Virus record (IMG/VR): IMGVR_UViG_3300046804_006785
Length of the DNA: 64,000 nucleotides
Reading direction: 5' to 3' (one strand)
Origin: a virus
The notes beneath the pieces were generated by a model. The model was not told the origin of the DNA. It did not search any database and saw only the letters and a program-made list of their open reading frames with translations. The translations under genes and the position numbers were made by a program. Positions 1-10,312 of the stretch are shown here, one piece after another; within the stretch, counting starts at the first letter, position 1, and each line of letters starts with the position of its first letter.

Positions 1-128
1 ATATTTGGCTGTGATACCTTGGAAAAACCCCATTAAGGTGCAACAGCCATGAAACACTGGATTTATAAGTATTTAATTATACTATTTTACAATCTGTCTT
101 ACGCTATTTTACAAAAATATAAAAAAAA

Positions 129-158
129 TACCACCCATTTCTCGCTAATGGATGGTAG
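129..158 (+). promoter_or_regulatory. Hairpin upstream of rep
   Basis: TACCACCCATT...AATGGATGGTA imperfect inverted repeat ~50 nt before the rep ATG. Confidence 0.35.
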
Positions 159-205
159 AATATGTTTAGAAAAAATTAGTGTATTATCAATGAGGATATT
201 ATAAC

Positions 206-3200
206 ATGAATATTTTAAATAAAACAACTGAAAATACAGAATTTTTAGAAAATATTGAACTAGTCCTCAGTTATTTTACAGGACTACCTATAGAAACATT
301 TTTAAAGAAGTATAACTTCATGCTACGTACTGGTAGTGGTTACTCTGTCTTTAAGGATGGTAAGAAAGTCTTTAAAGAGGCGTATCATAACTATTACTAC
401 CACGCTCCAGAAGGTAGACAGGACGTAAAGGATTATTACTTAGCTAAAGATTTGTCCGCTAGACAAAAAGCACAAGCTGAAGCGGAAAAGGAAGCTAAAG
501 AATTTGGGAAGCCTTTAAAAAAAAATCCTATAGATAATGATAATCATATCTATGGCGAAGACCATCTATATCGGTGGCTACGGAATAAAAGACATGAGGG
601 TTTATTTGTCTATTTCTTACCTAATAGTATTGATGCAGGCTGTACTGCTGATGAAATAGACAATTTTGGTGGTAAGTGCCGGGCAATGCGGATTGAAAAC
701 GATGACCTCGCACCAGTAGCAATTAAATCTGAGTATTTTGCACAGTTAGGACTACCTGAACCATCTATAAAATTATTTTCCGGTGGTAAATCTCCACACT
801 TCCTCTTTACCTTCCTTTCAGATGTAGATGGTGAATTACCTGGTTTTGAATGGGAACGGGTAGCAGAAATTAACGCCCAACTGTTACGGAACTCAGGTCA
901 TGACGGCTATGAAAAAACTATTGATAATCTCATTAAAGATGCTAAAACTCTATTAATACGCTTACCTGGTTTTGAGCATCAGAAAACCCGTAAAGAATCT
1001 AAGATTTTAGAGATTAGCAACATTTGGGATATCAACGAATTAGAGGCAGAAGTCAACAAACTTCCAAAACTAGGTAACTACAAATTACAAACAAAAGACT
1101 TCACACCGGACACCTATCCCGGTGGCGTTCAAGCTTTTGAAACTATCCTTTCCTCTGAGTGGAAACAACGCTTTCACCCATACGAATCCTATGCTGACTA
1201 CAAAGCCAGACTAGCTGCTAAGGCAGAAGAGGATAAGGCCAGAATCGAAGCTAACAAGGCAGAACGTGAAAAGCAATTACAAGGCTTGTCACCAAAAGAA
1301 ATCAAACGTCGTGCAGAATCAATCAAAGGTGAGATTGTTTCCTTACTACAGTTTGTAGATTACGCTGTTAAGCAACACGTTGAAAATGGTACTCCCGACG
1401 GTACAGGTCGCTCTCACAAAGTGGCTAAGTACGTCGCTAAGTCTTTACTTGAGGCGCAATACTTGGTTAGTGGTTCACCATTACGCGCTAAAGAGTCAGC
1501 AGAAGAGTTATTTAGACAATGGGTAGATAAGACTTTTAACTCCAGTGAGAATGATTTAATCAAAAAGGTTTGGACTACTTTTACTAGTTTTGAGAAAGGT
1601 ACAAATGTACCCCATGCCCGCCATGTTGATAAGTTTGAATCCTATTTGACTTCCCGACAAGAGACTAAAATTGGTGAGGACGCGATCGCTCATCTCAAAC
1701 ACAACCGTACTATTACTAACTTGATTGAAGAGGCTGTACGTGGACTCAAACAAAAACCACAACAGCTTACTTTTGCAGATTTGCCTTTGCTCTATAGTGC
1801 ATCTGAGAACGGATGGAACAACACCATCACTTTCTTAATTGAAAATAAATCTATTTATATAACAACTTGTCCTACTCATGCTCTAGCTATACTGAATACG
1901 GGTATACCTGGTGTGTGCTATGTGAATAAGGAAACATCTGCTGTAAATCTGCATTTATTGGCAGAATACGCTTGTGAGAATGGATTTACTTTTAACTTTA
2001 CGCCTAACGCTCCAGGAACAGATAGAATGTTGGCAGAAAACTTACGCGCTGGGTATTATTCTCAAGTTGCGCGTAATTTACTAAGAAAAAATAATAAGGA
2101 TACCAAGATTAAAGACTACAAACCTACTGTAGTTGTGATTGATGAGAAAGGTATTGAATGGTCGGCTCATTATTACTGGGTACGTGTTCCACAAGTAATT
2201 ACCCCCAAGATGCTGGGTAATCGTAAGAATAAAGAAGCTTTATTATATGGTCACGCTGCTAATCGTAAATGGTTTAGTGATGTTGTCAAAGAATGTGAAT
2301 CAACAGCTAAGAACCGCAAGCTAGTGGCGTTTGTGTCTGAAATGGGTACTGGTAAAACTGAGGTTTTAGCTAACCAGGTAAAAGCTTGGACTGAAGGTAA
2401 AGGTCAATTATTGGCCATTGCTCACCGTGAGCAATTAACCCGACAAGCGGCTAAACGGTTAAATATTGTTGACTACAAAGCACCACATTATAAGAGTGCT
2501 TCTGAGAAATATGAAGCGGCTAAAAAACAAGGTTTAGCTATCACTATCAATACTCTGTGTCAAGGTACGAATGAACAGGGTTATTTACCTGACTTTAAAA
2601 TTGACGATTGGAAAGACGCAACACTAGTCATTGATGAAACAGAGTCTTTTGTAAAATACTTAATTGAATCAGGCACTATTGCAGAAAATAGACAAAAGGC
2701 TATTACTGCTTTAAAAGCATTGGTAGTTGCTATCTATAAAGCAGGTGGCAGAATTATATTAGCTGATGCCAATTTAAGAGTATCAACTATTAATATGTTT
2801 CAGCGTTGGTGCAGTGGTGATGATTATGATGCAGAAGCAACCAAGGCCAAATACAACTGCTATGTGATCCTTAACTCTTATTGCAAGTTTAAAGAGGAAG
2901 GTCGCAAAGCAATATTTACTGATGCCCGCGATGGATTGAACAGCGAAGTTAACCGTCGTTTAGCAGCTAAAGACAGCACACATAAGGCTTTGTTTTTTGC
3001 TGACGTTAAACAATCATCTTCTAAGTATTATTGGGCAACTCAAGGTTTTGGTAATTATCTCCGTGACCTAAAATTAGGACGGATTTTAGATGCTGATACC
3101 CGTCAATTTAGCGATGACCCAGATCATCATATTGTAGATAATCTTCATGCCGTCATTAGTGCGTGCTGTAAAGGTGTGATATTTGTATCTCCAGTAATTG

Positions 3201-4636
3201 ATTCTGGTACTGACTGGAATAATTTAGGTCTTGACTGTGTATACGGTGTATACATGGGTATCATGGGTATAGATAACACACTACAACAATTAGAACGGGT
3301 TCGGGATAATGTAGTTCGTTTTATTTGGGCTGCACGTCGGTCATCTATGGGCATGACTAAAGGTGATATTACCAATATTGAAAAGAACTTTGAGGAAGTA
3401 AGACGCAGTTATGATGGCTCTAAGGCTGCATTAATGCAGACTTGGGCTGATATGAAAGTATTACAGCATAGTGAAATTGAGGCTCGTATAGCTGCACAGT
3501 TCCCAGATTTAGATAAGAATATTCTAGCTTGGTGGCAAGATTCTTTAGAGGAAAGTTTCTATGCGGCTCAAGAGTTCCGTATTAATTTAAAAGCACGGAT
3601 GCAAGAAAAAGGCTACACAATTGAGCATCAAGACTTTGAATCAGATGCAGAGTTTATTGCTACTTTGCAAGAATATGGTGAAGCGCAAAAAGAAAAGAAA
3701 CTTGTAGAAATTGCTAATGCCGATCTAGCCTTATTGGATTCTATTGAAAAGAATCAAGATACCATGCCTAAAGATACCGCACGGGCTAAAGATTTGAAAG
3801 GTATTCTTTATTCCTTGGGTGTGAAAGTAGAAGGTGGGTACGGTTGGTGCAATGGGTACAATGAAGATGAAAAACTGGAGTTAGTCCGCAGGACATTGGG
3901 CAAACGTTCTAAGACACGCCGGAAGTTAGTTTATGGCTTTAGCTTCCGATGTGCGATGACTAATGGCCAAGAGGATATTGCCAAAATTATCTATATGGCT
4001 GAAGAGTTCCGCAACATGATCAACTCTTCTAGTAGGTCAATCAAAGATACTCCTATGAGTATGAAAGCTGGTATTGATTTTATGATCAATACTATGGATA
4101 TCAAAGGGCTTGCTTCTGTATTACTTCAGGAAGCTAGTAAGCGCGGAAAATTGGATAATGGTAGACCTGTAATGTTTTTCCACAACCGGATGCCAATTAT
4201 TATTAAGACTAATAAGGTATTGGTAGAAAACCGCGCCTATGTCAAAAAAACCTTTGGGTTTGATGTAGATGTCCGTCCAGATATGGCAGCTACAAACATT
4301 TCCAAGTTCTTTACTTGCATTGGTTGGAACGTTGAGAAAGGTAGAAATCGTGAGGCTGGTGCAGGTAAAGCAGCTAACGGTAATGCACCTCTCAATAACT
4401 ACACCATCACTGAGGATCAATTAACGCTCAGAGTTTGGACTGGCTGGGTAGCACAATATGAGAATAGAGATGAGGGAATGTTCAGCTACTTCTATAATCC
4501 TAGTGGCGATGAAGGTGGCGATGCCCTATGGAAGGCTCATCTAGGAATTGCTACCGAAACCACAGATAAACAGGTCAGCAAACCAGTCTTTCAACAACTA
4601 CAACAGCACAGGCAACTGGCGTTCCTAACAGTCTAA
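206..4636 (+). CDS. Plasmid-type replication initiator: RepB'-like primase fused to an SF2 origin-binding helicase (CyRepA1-like)
   Basis: N-terminal primase motifs RIENDD, SGGKSPH and LIRLPGFEHQKT; Walker A EMGTGKT; Walker B IDETES; motif V/VI-like SPVIDSGTD and QQLERVR; 1476 aa. Confidence 0.8.
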   Translation: MNILNKTTENTEFLENIELVLSYFTGLPIETFLKKYNFMLRTGSGYSVFKDGKKVFKEAYHNYYYHAPEGRQDVKDYYLAKDLSARQKAQAEAEKEAKEFGKPLKKNPIDNDNHIYGEDHLYRWLRNKRHEGLFVYFLPNSIDAGCTADEIDNFGGKCRAMRIENDDLAPVAIKSEYFAQLGLPEPSIKLFSGGKSPHFLFTFLSDVDGELPGFEWERVAEINAQLLRNSGHDGYEKTIDNLIKDAKTLLIRLPGFEHQKTRKESKILEISNIWDINELEAEVNKLPKLGNYKLQTKDFTPDTYPGGVQAFETILSSEWKQRFHPYESYADYKARLAAKAEEDKARIEANKAEREKQLQGLSPKEIKRRAESIKGEIVSLLQFVDYAVKQHVENGTPDGTGRSHKVAKYVAKSLLEAQYLVSGSPLRAKESAEELFRQWVDKTFNSSENDLIKKVWTTFTSFEKGTNVPHARHVDKFESYLTSRQETKIGEDAIAHLKHNRTITNLIEEAVRGLKQKPQQLTFADLPLLYSASENGWNNTITFLIENKSIYITTCPTHALAILNTGIPGVCYVNKETSAVNLHLLAEYACENGFTFNFTPNAPGTDRMLAENLRAGYYSQVARNLLRKNNKDTKIKDYKPTVVVIDEKGIEWSAHYYWVRVPQVITPKMLGNRKNKEALLYGHAANRKWFSDVVKECESTAKNRKLVAFVSEMGTGKTEVLANQVKAWTEGKGQLLAIAHREQLTRQAAKRLNIVDYKAPHYKSASEKYEAAKKQGLAITINTLCQGTNEQGYLPDFKIDDWKDATLVIDETESFVKYLIESGTIAENRQKAITALKALVVAIYKAGGRIILADANLRVSTINMFQRWCSGDDYDAEATKAKYNCYVILNSYCKFKEEGRKAIFTDARDGLNSEVNRRLAAKDSTHKALFFADVKQSSSKYYWATQGFGNYLRDLKLGRILDADTRQFSDDPDHHIVDNLHAVISACCKGVIFVSPVIDSGTDWNNLGLDCVYGVYMGIMGIDNTLQQLERVRDNVVRFIWAARRSSMGMTKGDITNIEKNFEEVRRSYDGSKAALMQTWADMKVLQHSEIEARIAAQFPDLDKNILAWWQDSLEESFYAAQEFRINLKARMQEKGYTIEHQDFESDAEFIATLQEYGEAQKEKKLVEIANADLALLDSIEKNQDTMPKDTARAKDLKGILYSLGVKVEGGYGWCNGYNEDEKLELVRRTLGKRSKTRRKLVYGFSFRCAMTNGQEDIAKIIYMAEEFRNMINSSSRSIKDTPMSMKAGIDFMINTMDIKGLASVLLQEASKRGKLDNGRPVMFFHNRMPIIIKTNKVLVENRAYVKKTFGFDVDVRPDMAATNISKFFTCIGWNVEKGRNREAGAGKAANGNAPLNNYTITEDQLTLRVWTGWVAQYENRDEGMFSYFYNPSGDEGGDALWKAHLGIATETTDKQVSKPVFQQLQQHRQLAFLTV

Positions 4637-4661
4637 AATCAATAAAACAATCTAGACTACC

Positions 4662-4997
4662 AACCGGGCATCAAACCCCGGTTATAACCGTTTGTAGGTA
4701 TTTTGTAAATTTTGGGTAATTTGGGAACAATTTTGTCTATTTTGTGTAAATTTGCTACTATTTTGATTAATACGCTTATATAGCTTAATATATAAATGTA
4801 ACATAACTAATAATGCTTATGTAGTTTAGTGGTTAGATCGTTGATTTGGGTAGTTTGGAATGGTGAGCGATCGCTCCTAAGATGAAATCTTAGCTATTTA
4901 CTAGAATCTTTTAAAACTTGAAAGCCTTATATATCAATACTTTTAAAGGTGATCCAAAGTTCGTAAAATTCTATATCTATTACGAATATTGGATCAC
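4662..4997. other. Putative replication origin module 1
   Basis: Non-coding and directly downstream of rep; AACCGGGCATCAAA motif, 10-bp-phased T tracts at 4691-4770, inverted repeat GTGATCCAA..TTCGTAA / TTACGAA..TTGGATCAC at 4949-4997. Confidence 0.55.
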
Positions 4998-5100
4998 TCT
5001 GAAATCTTTACATAGCAACAGGCCTGATTTTATGAGTCCTGGAGGCAAAGTTGTAAATAGACCTATGAATGTTTGTCTTTACGTACAAGTATAAAAAATA

Positions 5101-5155
5101 TTTTTAAATTAAGTATTGACTTATTTTTCTATATACCCTAATATAGAAATATAGA
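5101..5155 (+). promoter_or_regulatory. Sigma70-type promoter, family 1, copy 1
   Basis: TTAAATTAAGTATTGACTTATTT..CTATATACCCTAATA.AGAAATATAGA, near-identical to 6534-6588. Confidence 0.7.
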
Positions 5156-5175
5156 AGAACAGGAGAATAAAACAA

Positions 5176-5799
5176 ATGACAGCTACACTTTCTTTCAAAA
5201 TCCGTACAATCAAAAACCAGATCGCTGCTTGTTTACGGGAAATTGCTAGAGGTGTTAAGTCATTTATTGATCGCCTGGTTGTTTTAGAAAGCAAACTAGA
5301 TGACTTAGAAAAGGCAAAACAAGTGGAAAAATACATTGAATTGTCCACCTACAGAAGCGCGGGCGTAAATGCCTATTTAGTGGAAGAGGGAAAAGACCAT
5401 ACACACAATATGTATGGAACTCCTATTGATGAAGAAAACCAGCAACGCGCTTACAGATCAAAATCTCACACTGTTAAGGTAAGAATAGATAATTTATCCG
5501 ATGGTATCTACCGCTTTGTAGAAGCAGGTGGTAGTACAGGTAAAAAAGTTGTGAAAGGTTGGTTAAAAATTGTCGGTGGTGAAATCATTGAAGAGTCGGA
5601 TAATCTTGCTTCTTTGATTGTTGGTAATGCTGCAGCAAACCTTCCAGAATTAGAAGGCAGTCAAAAGCAAATAGCCTGGGCTGTTCAAATCCGTGAAAAA
5701 GCTATTGCTAAATTCAAAAAATTAGGCAACGACGTTCCTAATGTTTTGAATCAGACTACTGATGCTAAATGGTTTATTGAAAATAGAAGTTCTTTATAA
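5176..5799 (+). CDS. Hypothetical phage protein (C-terminal LPELEGSQKQIAWAxxIR motif)
   Basis: 207-aa ORF with AGGAG RBS after a promoter; the motif is common in phage proteins. Confidence 0.7.
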   Translation: MTATLSFKIRTIKNQIAACLREIARGVKSFIDRLVVLESKLDDLEKAKQVEKYIELSTYRSAGVNAYLVEEGKDHTHNMYGTPIDEENQQRAYRSKSHTVKVRIDNLSDGIYRFVEAGGSTGKKVVKGWLKIVGGEIIEESDNLASLIVGNAAANLPELEGSQKQIAWAVQIREKAIAKFKKLGNDVPNVLNQTTDAKWFIENRSSL

Positions 5800-5987
5800 T
5801 GCTACAGCACAACTATGACCGTGACGGCTATCACAGATTAATTAGCCATCTCACAAATCAAAAAATAGAAACTACAGCAGACATCAGAAAACTTTCTTGC
5901 CTTCCTGATGAACTAAGAAAGTCCGATTTACGCAGACTTGAAGATTTAAGCGCAATTGTACAATTTTTGGAAGAACACAATGGTTAG
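5799..5987 (+). CDS. Hypothetical protein
   Basis: 62 aa; TAATG coupling with the upstream gene. Confidence 0.6.
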   Translation: MLQHNYDRDGYHRLISHLTNQKIETTADIRKLSCLPDELRKSDLRRLEDLSAIVQFLEEHNG

Positions 5988-6495
5988 CTACAAAACCGAA
6001 GTATATACAGCTACTAAAGCATATACATCGCATCGTAACTTATCAGCAAACGAGTTAGTAGGGATTGACGATGCAAACTATGACAATATACCCAATGTTT
6101 TAAAAACAGAACTGGGAACAATTGATATTTCCAATCAACGCGACGGTTTCATTCCTAGTCTGGAAGCCTATGAAAACCCTGGTGATCTATGGTCACATAG
6201 CAAAAGAACTGATTGGTACACTCACATACTGACAGGCGTTAAAGTAAAAAAAGACGTAGTTAAGTCTCCAGATTACGATAAACCTGACGGTAATGGTAGC
6301 TGCACCACAATTTTAATTGTTAAAATTCCATTACCAGATGGACGTGGGAAGAATCCAAACAGCCACAACAACAGGGTTTCTTTAGGGTTGTCAAAGGATA
6401 TTAAACTCACTGAAGACCAGTGGAAAGTCGTGGAACGCTTAGGACACGGCAAAGGATACTCTGAGGGTATCCGTAACCTGTTGAAAAATGTATAA
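5980..6495 (+). CDS. Hypothetical protein with possible C-terminal ribbon-helix-helix DNA-binding segment
   Basis: ATG at 5980 overlaps the upstream gene; C-terminus IKLTEDQWKVVERLG..GYSEGIRNLL. Confidence 0.55.
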   Translation: MVSYKTEVYTATKAYTSHRNLSANELVGIDDANYDNIPNVLKTELGTIDISNQRDGFIPSLEAYENPGDLWSHSKRTDWYTHILTGVKVKKDVVKSPDYDKPDGNGSCTTILIVKIPLPDGRGKNPNSHNNRVSLGLSKDIKLTEDQWKVVERLGHGKGYSEGIRNLLKNV

Positions 6496-6503
6496 CTATA
6501 AAC

Positions 6504-6532
6504 AGCTAGTAAAATTAGTTACTAGCTTTTTT
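6504..6532 (+). terminator. Intrinsic terminator
   Basis: AGCTAGTAA-aattag-TTACTAGCT followed by a T tract. Confidence 0.7.
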
Positions 6533-6533
6533 A

Positions 6534-6588
6534 TTTTAAATTAAGTATTGACTTATTTCTCTATATACCCTAATAGAGAAATATAGAG
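6534..6588 (+). promoter_or_regulatory. Sigma70-type promoter, family 1, copy 2
   Basis: Repeat of 5101-5155; contains the perfect 11-bp inverted repeat TATTTCTCTAT/ATAGAGAAATA. Confidence 0.7.
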
Positions 6589-6615
6589 AATAAACAAAAC
6601 AACAGGTGAGACGAC

Positions 6616-7134
6616 ATGACAGTTCTAACATTCGGAAAATATAAAGGATCTGACCTATCTGAAGTCCCCAAAGATTATCTAGAATGGGGTGTTAGCAAAC
6701 TAGACTCTTCTAAGTGGCGCAAAGAGTTTCAAAATGAGCTAGACCGTCGCAAAAATGAAACTCAACATCTGCTTAATACCGATCCTGATAAATTGTTTGG
6801 AAAGCTAGAAAGGGAAGCTTTACGCAGCATCCATCAAGAAATGGAAGGTCATGAACATGAGTATGATAGAGTAGATATATACACTGAAGCGGAAAACCGA
6901 GCTAATTCAAAATTAAAAGCTTTGCAAGCAGATAAAGCATTGAAAGAATTAAAAATTCAATATGCTGGCTTATTAGGGATTGATTTAAAAATGATGGACA
7001 AGATGGAGCAGACTTATCATTGTGAACAGTTAGGTCGCAGTAATTTTCAGACTGAAAGTAAGTATAAGCTGGCTATGGAGTATTTTAAAAAGAAAGACGC
7101 GCTGTTGGAGGTTGCCATTACTCTTTATTTTTAA
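6616..7134 (+). CDS. DUF3820 / ExoX C-terminal-like domain protein
   Basis: N-terminal LTFGKYKGSDLSEVPKDYLEW motif. Confidence 0.65.
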   Translation: MTVLTFGKYKGSDLSEVPKDYLEWGVSKLDSSKWRKEFQNELDRRKNETQHLLNTDPDKLFGKLEREALRSIHQEMEGHEHEYDRVDIYTEAENRANSKLKALQADKALKELKIQYAGLLGIDLKMMDKMEQTYHCEQLGRSNFQTESKYKLAMEYFKKKDALLEVAITLYF

Positions 7135-7298
7135 AACGTGGACTAGGTTTAAGCAGACAAGCCACTTAAACACACGGTATGAAACCGACGTTTATCCACT
7201 TGTGTATTCTATCCTATTTTAGAGTCTTAATAGTATAATATTACTATTGAGACTTTTTTATGTTTTAATATAAAATACTATATAGGAGATAACATAAA

Positions 7299-7853
7299 AT
7301 GAGATGGGATAAATTACCTAAACCCTGGACTAAAGAGCAATGCCGTCGTCGGTATGTTGAAAGTGAAGAGCCTATAGGCATTAGAGACTTAGCTAATGCG
7401 TGTGGATATAATAAAGCAACTGTTGAGGTTTGGGTACGTCAAGACCTTTGGGTTGAGCAGCGAAAACGATATCAAGAGGATTTAAAAAAAGCTGTTCAGC
7501 AAAAGACCATAGAAAAAACATCTGACAAGATATCAGATGAGTTATCACAGATCGTCACTGAGAATTATCAAGTTCAACGACTAGCTAGAAACTATGTTGC
7601 CAAATTAATTGAGGCACGGGCAAAGCAACTAGAAGAGGATCTACAGTTACCTGTTGAGGAAAGGAAAAAAGCAGTTTCTAAACATAACGCATCTGAAATA
7701 AATCAATTGACACAAGCGTTAACAAAACTGACTAACGCCATTAATGAAGGTAGAGGGATTAGATACTTCATTGATATGAACGCTGCGGCTGATAAACTCA
7801 CAAGAGAAGGTTATGAGATTATAGATCCCAAGTCTGTTAGTAATGATGAGTAA
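7299..7853 (+). CDS. terS: Terminase small subunit (putative)
   Basis: N-terminal HTH (IRDLANACGYNKATVEVWVRQDLWVEQR), then helical region; upstream of ParB-methylase and TerL. Confidence 0.6.
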   Translation: MRWDKLPKPWTKEQCRRRYVESEEPIGIRDLANACGYNKATVEVWVRQDLWVEQRKRYQEDLKKAVQQKTIEKTSDKISDELSQIVTENYQVQRLARNYVAKLIEARAKQLEEDLQLPVEERKKAVSKHNASEINQLTQALTKLTNAINEGRGIRYFIDMNAAADKLTREGYEIIDPKSVSNDE

Positions 7854-7910
7854 AAAAGTCTTTGTGTATCAACTATGTTACAGTAAAACAAGTCTAGCAA
7901 TGTAAACAAT

Positions 7911-9602
7911 ATGCCTAAGCAACAACCAGGTTGGGTAAAGTCCACAACTACAAAGAATCAATTAACAGTTACATGGCGAGATCCCAAGGAACTTATCATG
8001 TATGCTAAGAACAGTAAACTACACCCGCCAGAACAAATACAACAAATTGCCAATTCTATTACTGAGTTTGGATTCTTAGATCCTATTGCCATAGATGAGA
8101 ATGGTGAAATATTAGAAGGTCATGGGAGATACTTAGCTGCGGTTGATATCTTAAATCTCAAATCTGTTCCTACATTTCAGGTATTAGGACTAACTGAAGA
8201 ACAAAAGATAGCTTATCGTGTAGCACATAATAAGCTAACAATGAATACAGACTTTGATCCTGATTTGTTAAAGATAGACATGGACTTTCTAAATGAAATG
8301 TCCTTTGATCTGACATTAACAGGGTTTGATAGTGGGGATTTGAGTAGCTATTTATCGTTAGAAAATACAGAATATGAAAAACCTGAAAAGCAAGAAAATA
8401 CTATAATTGATGATGCTACAGATAAAGAGAATACAGAAGAATTATTAGAAGAAGTTGTAGAAAATAAGATTGTTTCGCGTGTAAAGTTGGGTGAGATTTG
8501 GCAACTGGGACGACATTTTATATGTTGTGGTGATTCTACTATTGAAAGTAATGTTAAGGCTTTATTGGGTGACAACTTAGCAGTTTTAGTTCATGCAGAT
8601 CCGCCTTATGGCATGGGTAAAGAAAAAGATGGCGTAATGAATGACAACTTATACGGAGATAAGTTAGATAACTTTCAAATGCTATGGATTAAAGCTTGCC
8701 GGAAAAAAGTAGAAGATAACGGTAGCTTTTATATTTGGGGAAACGCTGAAGACCTGTGGCGTTTATGGTATTCAGGTGGGTTAAAAAATAGCGAACGGTT
8801 AACTTTTAGGAATCAGATTATATGGGATAAAAAACACGGACAAGGGATGCTTTCAGAAGATTTTAGGATGTATCCAACAGTAACAGAACATTGTTTGTTT
8901 TTTATGCTTGGTGAGCAGGGTTTTAGAAATAATGCTGATAATTATTGGGACGGGTGGGAGTCTATTAGAGTTTATTTATATTCTGAGTGTGAAAAAGCAA
9001 AAATCAAGTCAAAGCTATTTCATCAGATATTAGGAGTGGTATCTACTGGCGGCGGAATGTATTCGCATCATATATCTGCTACAGGCAGTCAGTGGATGTT
9101 TATAACAGAAGAAAATTATATAAAACTTCAATCCTACTGCCAACAAAATAAAATAAATGCCTTCAAGCGGGAATATGATGACCTAAAACGGGAATATGAT
9201 GACCTAAAACGGGAATGGTACGCCACTCGCGCATACTTTAACAACACTCATGACAACATGACAGACGTATGGGAATATCCCAGGGTCAAAGGTGAAGAAA
9301 GATGGGGTCACGCTACACCTAAACCCGTAGATATGATTGAACGGATTTATAAAAGCAGTTCACCTGACAACGCGGTTATTTATTCTCCATTTCTTGGGTC
9401 TGGTACTGATGTTATAGCAGCGCAAAAGATGGAGGGCGATCGCACAGTATACGGATTTGAACTCAGTTCAGACTACTGTGAAGTAATCATACAACGGTTT
9501 GAAAAGTTAACAGGTATTGAAGCAAAGCTAGTAGGTAAACTTCCCACAGCACCAAAGGATGACACAAAATCAAATGATAGTTTAGACTCACTAGGTTTCT
9601 AA
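7911..9602 (+). CDS. ParB-like N-terminal domain fused to an N6/N4 DNA methyltransferase
   Basis: ParB motifs (NSKLHPPEQI, FGFLDPIAID, GHGR); DPPY catalytic motif; HATPKP; PFLGSGT SAM-binding motif. Confidence 0.85.
   Translation: MPKQQPGWVKSTTTKNQLTVTWRDPKELIMYAKNSKLHPPEQIQQIANSITEFGFLDPIAIDENGEILEGHGRYLAAVDILNLKSVPTFQVLGLTEEQKIAYRVAHNKLTMNTDFDPDLLKIDMDFLNEMSFDLTLTGFDSGDLSSYLSLENTEYEKPEKQENTIIDDATDKENTEELLEEVVENKIVSRVKLGEIWQLGRHFICCGDSTIESNVKALLGDNLAVLVHADPPYGMGKEKDGVMNDNLYGDKLDNFQMLWIKACRKKVEDNGSFYIWGNAEDLWRLWYSGGLKNSERLTFRNQIIWDKKHGQGMLSEDFRMYPTVTEHCLFFMLGEQGFRNNADNYWDGWESIRVYLYSECEKAKIKSKLFHQILGVVSTGGGMYSHHISATGSQWMFITEENYIKLQSYCQQNKINAFKREYDDLKREYDDLKREWYATRAYFNNTHDNMTDVWEYPRVKGEERWGHATPKPVDMIERIYKSSSPDNAVIYSPFLGSGTDVIAAQKMEGDRTVYGFELSSDYCEVIIQRFEKLTGIEAKLVGKLPTAPKDDTKSNDSLDSLGF
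9168..9215 (+). repeat. 21-bp tandem repeat encoding REYDDLK heptads
   Basis: CGGGAATATGATGACCTAAAA x2 plus a partial copy. Confidence 0.85.
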
Positions 9603-9610
9603 AACAAAAC

Positions 9611-9640
9611 AACCGCTTAAACATTACTCTAAGCGGTTGT
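9611..9640. terminator. Bidirectional terminator
   Basis: AACCGCTTA...TAAGCGGTT between convergent genes; a similar hairpin lies at 10011-10038. Confidence 0.6.
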
Positions 9641-9660
9641 TATTATATTTATATACTTTC

Positions 9661-9936
9661 TTACTCATCATTTACATCTGCATTTTCTTGGTAATACATC
9701 TCCAGTTCCAATTTATTGATCAATACTTTTATAGATTCAATATCAATACTAGCTATTCCTACCTCGTTCATAGCCCCTATGGACTCTGTAAAGATAGATA
9801 ACCCTGACATCAGTTCTGAGATATTCTTAGCGTCTTTAGACCTTCCAGACTGCTTATAGATATCCTGGGCTTGACTGATAAACGCTACCTGTTGGACTAG
9901 GATAACTTGCATATAATCATCTAAAGTTTTAGTCAT
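9661..9936 (-). CDS. Hypothetical protein
   Basis: ORF 9661..10008; likely start MTKTLDD at 9936. Confidence 0.55.
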   Translation of the reverse strand: MTKTLDDYMQVILVQQVAFISQAQDIYKQSGRSKDAKNISELMSGLSIFTESIGAMNEVGIASIDIESIKVLINKLELEMYYQENADVNDE

Positions 9937-10060
9937 ATATTTAGTCCTATAGCATTTAACACCACTATAGCATATTATGAATACTAAGTATTTGTGATAT
10001 GGATACAAAAAACCGCCTAAGCTTGAGCTTAAGCGGTTATTTTTTTATTAAGTTATATTA

Positions 10061-10312
10061 TTAGGAAACTACAAACTTTCTTGGTGGTCTTTTTAGAGTA
10101 ACCATCTCTGACCTGTAATTGTTTATTAAAGGTTTCCAATTTATTGGAGTTATTGCATCTTTAGCTACTTTTGAACGTCTTGAAAAATCTACATAATCTG
10201 TTCTTAGTTGATCGGCTGCAAATCTTACGAGACTTTCTGAATCCCAAGATTCGACTCTAGTAATATCTATTGTAATCTTTTGGCTGTCTGTTGTTTTAAA
10301 AGTGATATACAT
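10061..10312 (-). CDS. Hypothetical protein
   Basis: 83 aa; AGGAG RBS and a family-2 promoter on the minus strand (10340-10385). Confidence 0.7.
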   Translation of the reverse strand: MYITFKTTDSQKITIDITRVESWDSESLVRFAADQLRTDYVDFSRRSKVAKDAITPINWKPLINNYRSEMVTLKRPPRKFVVS

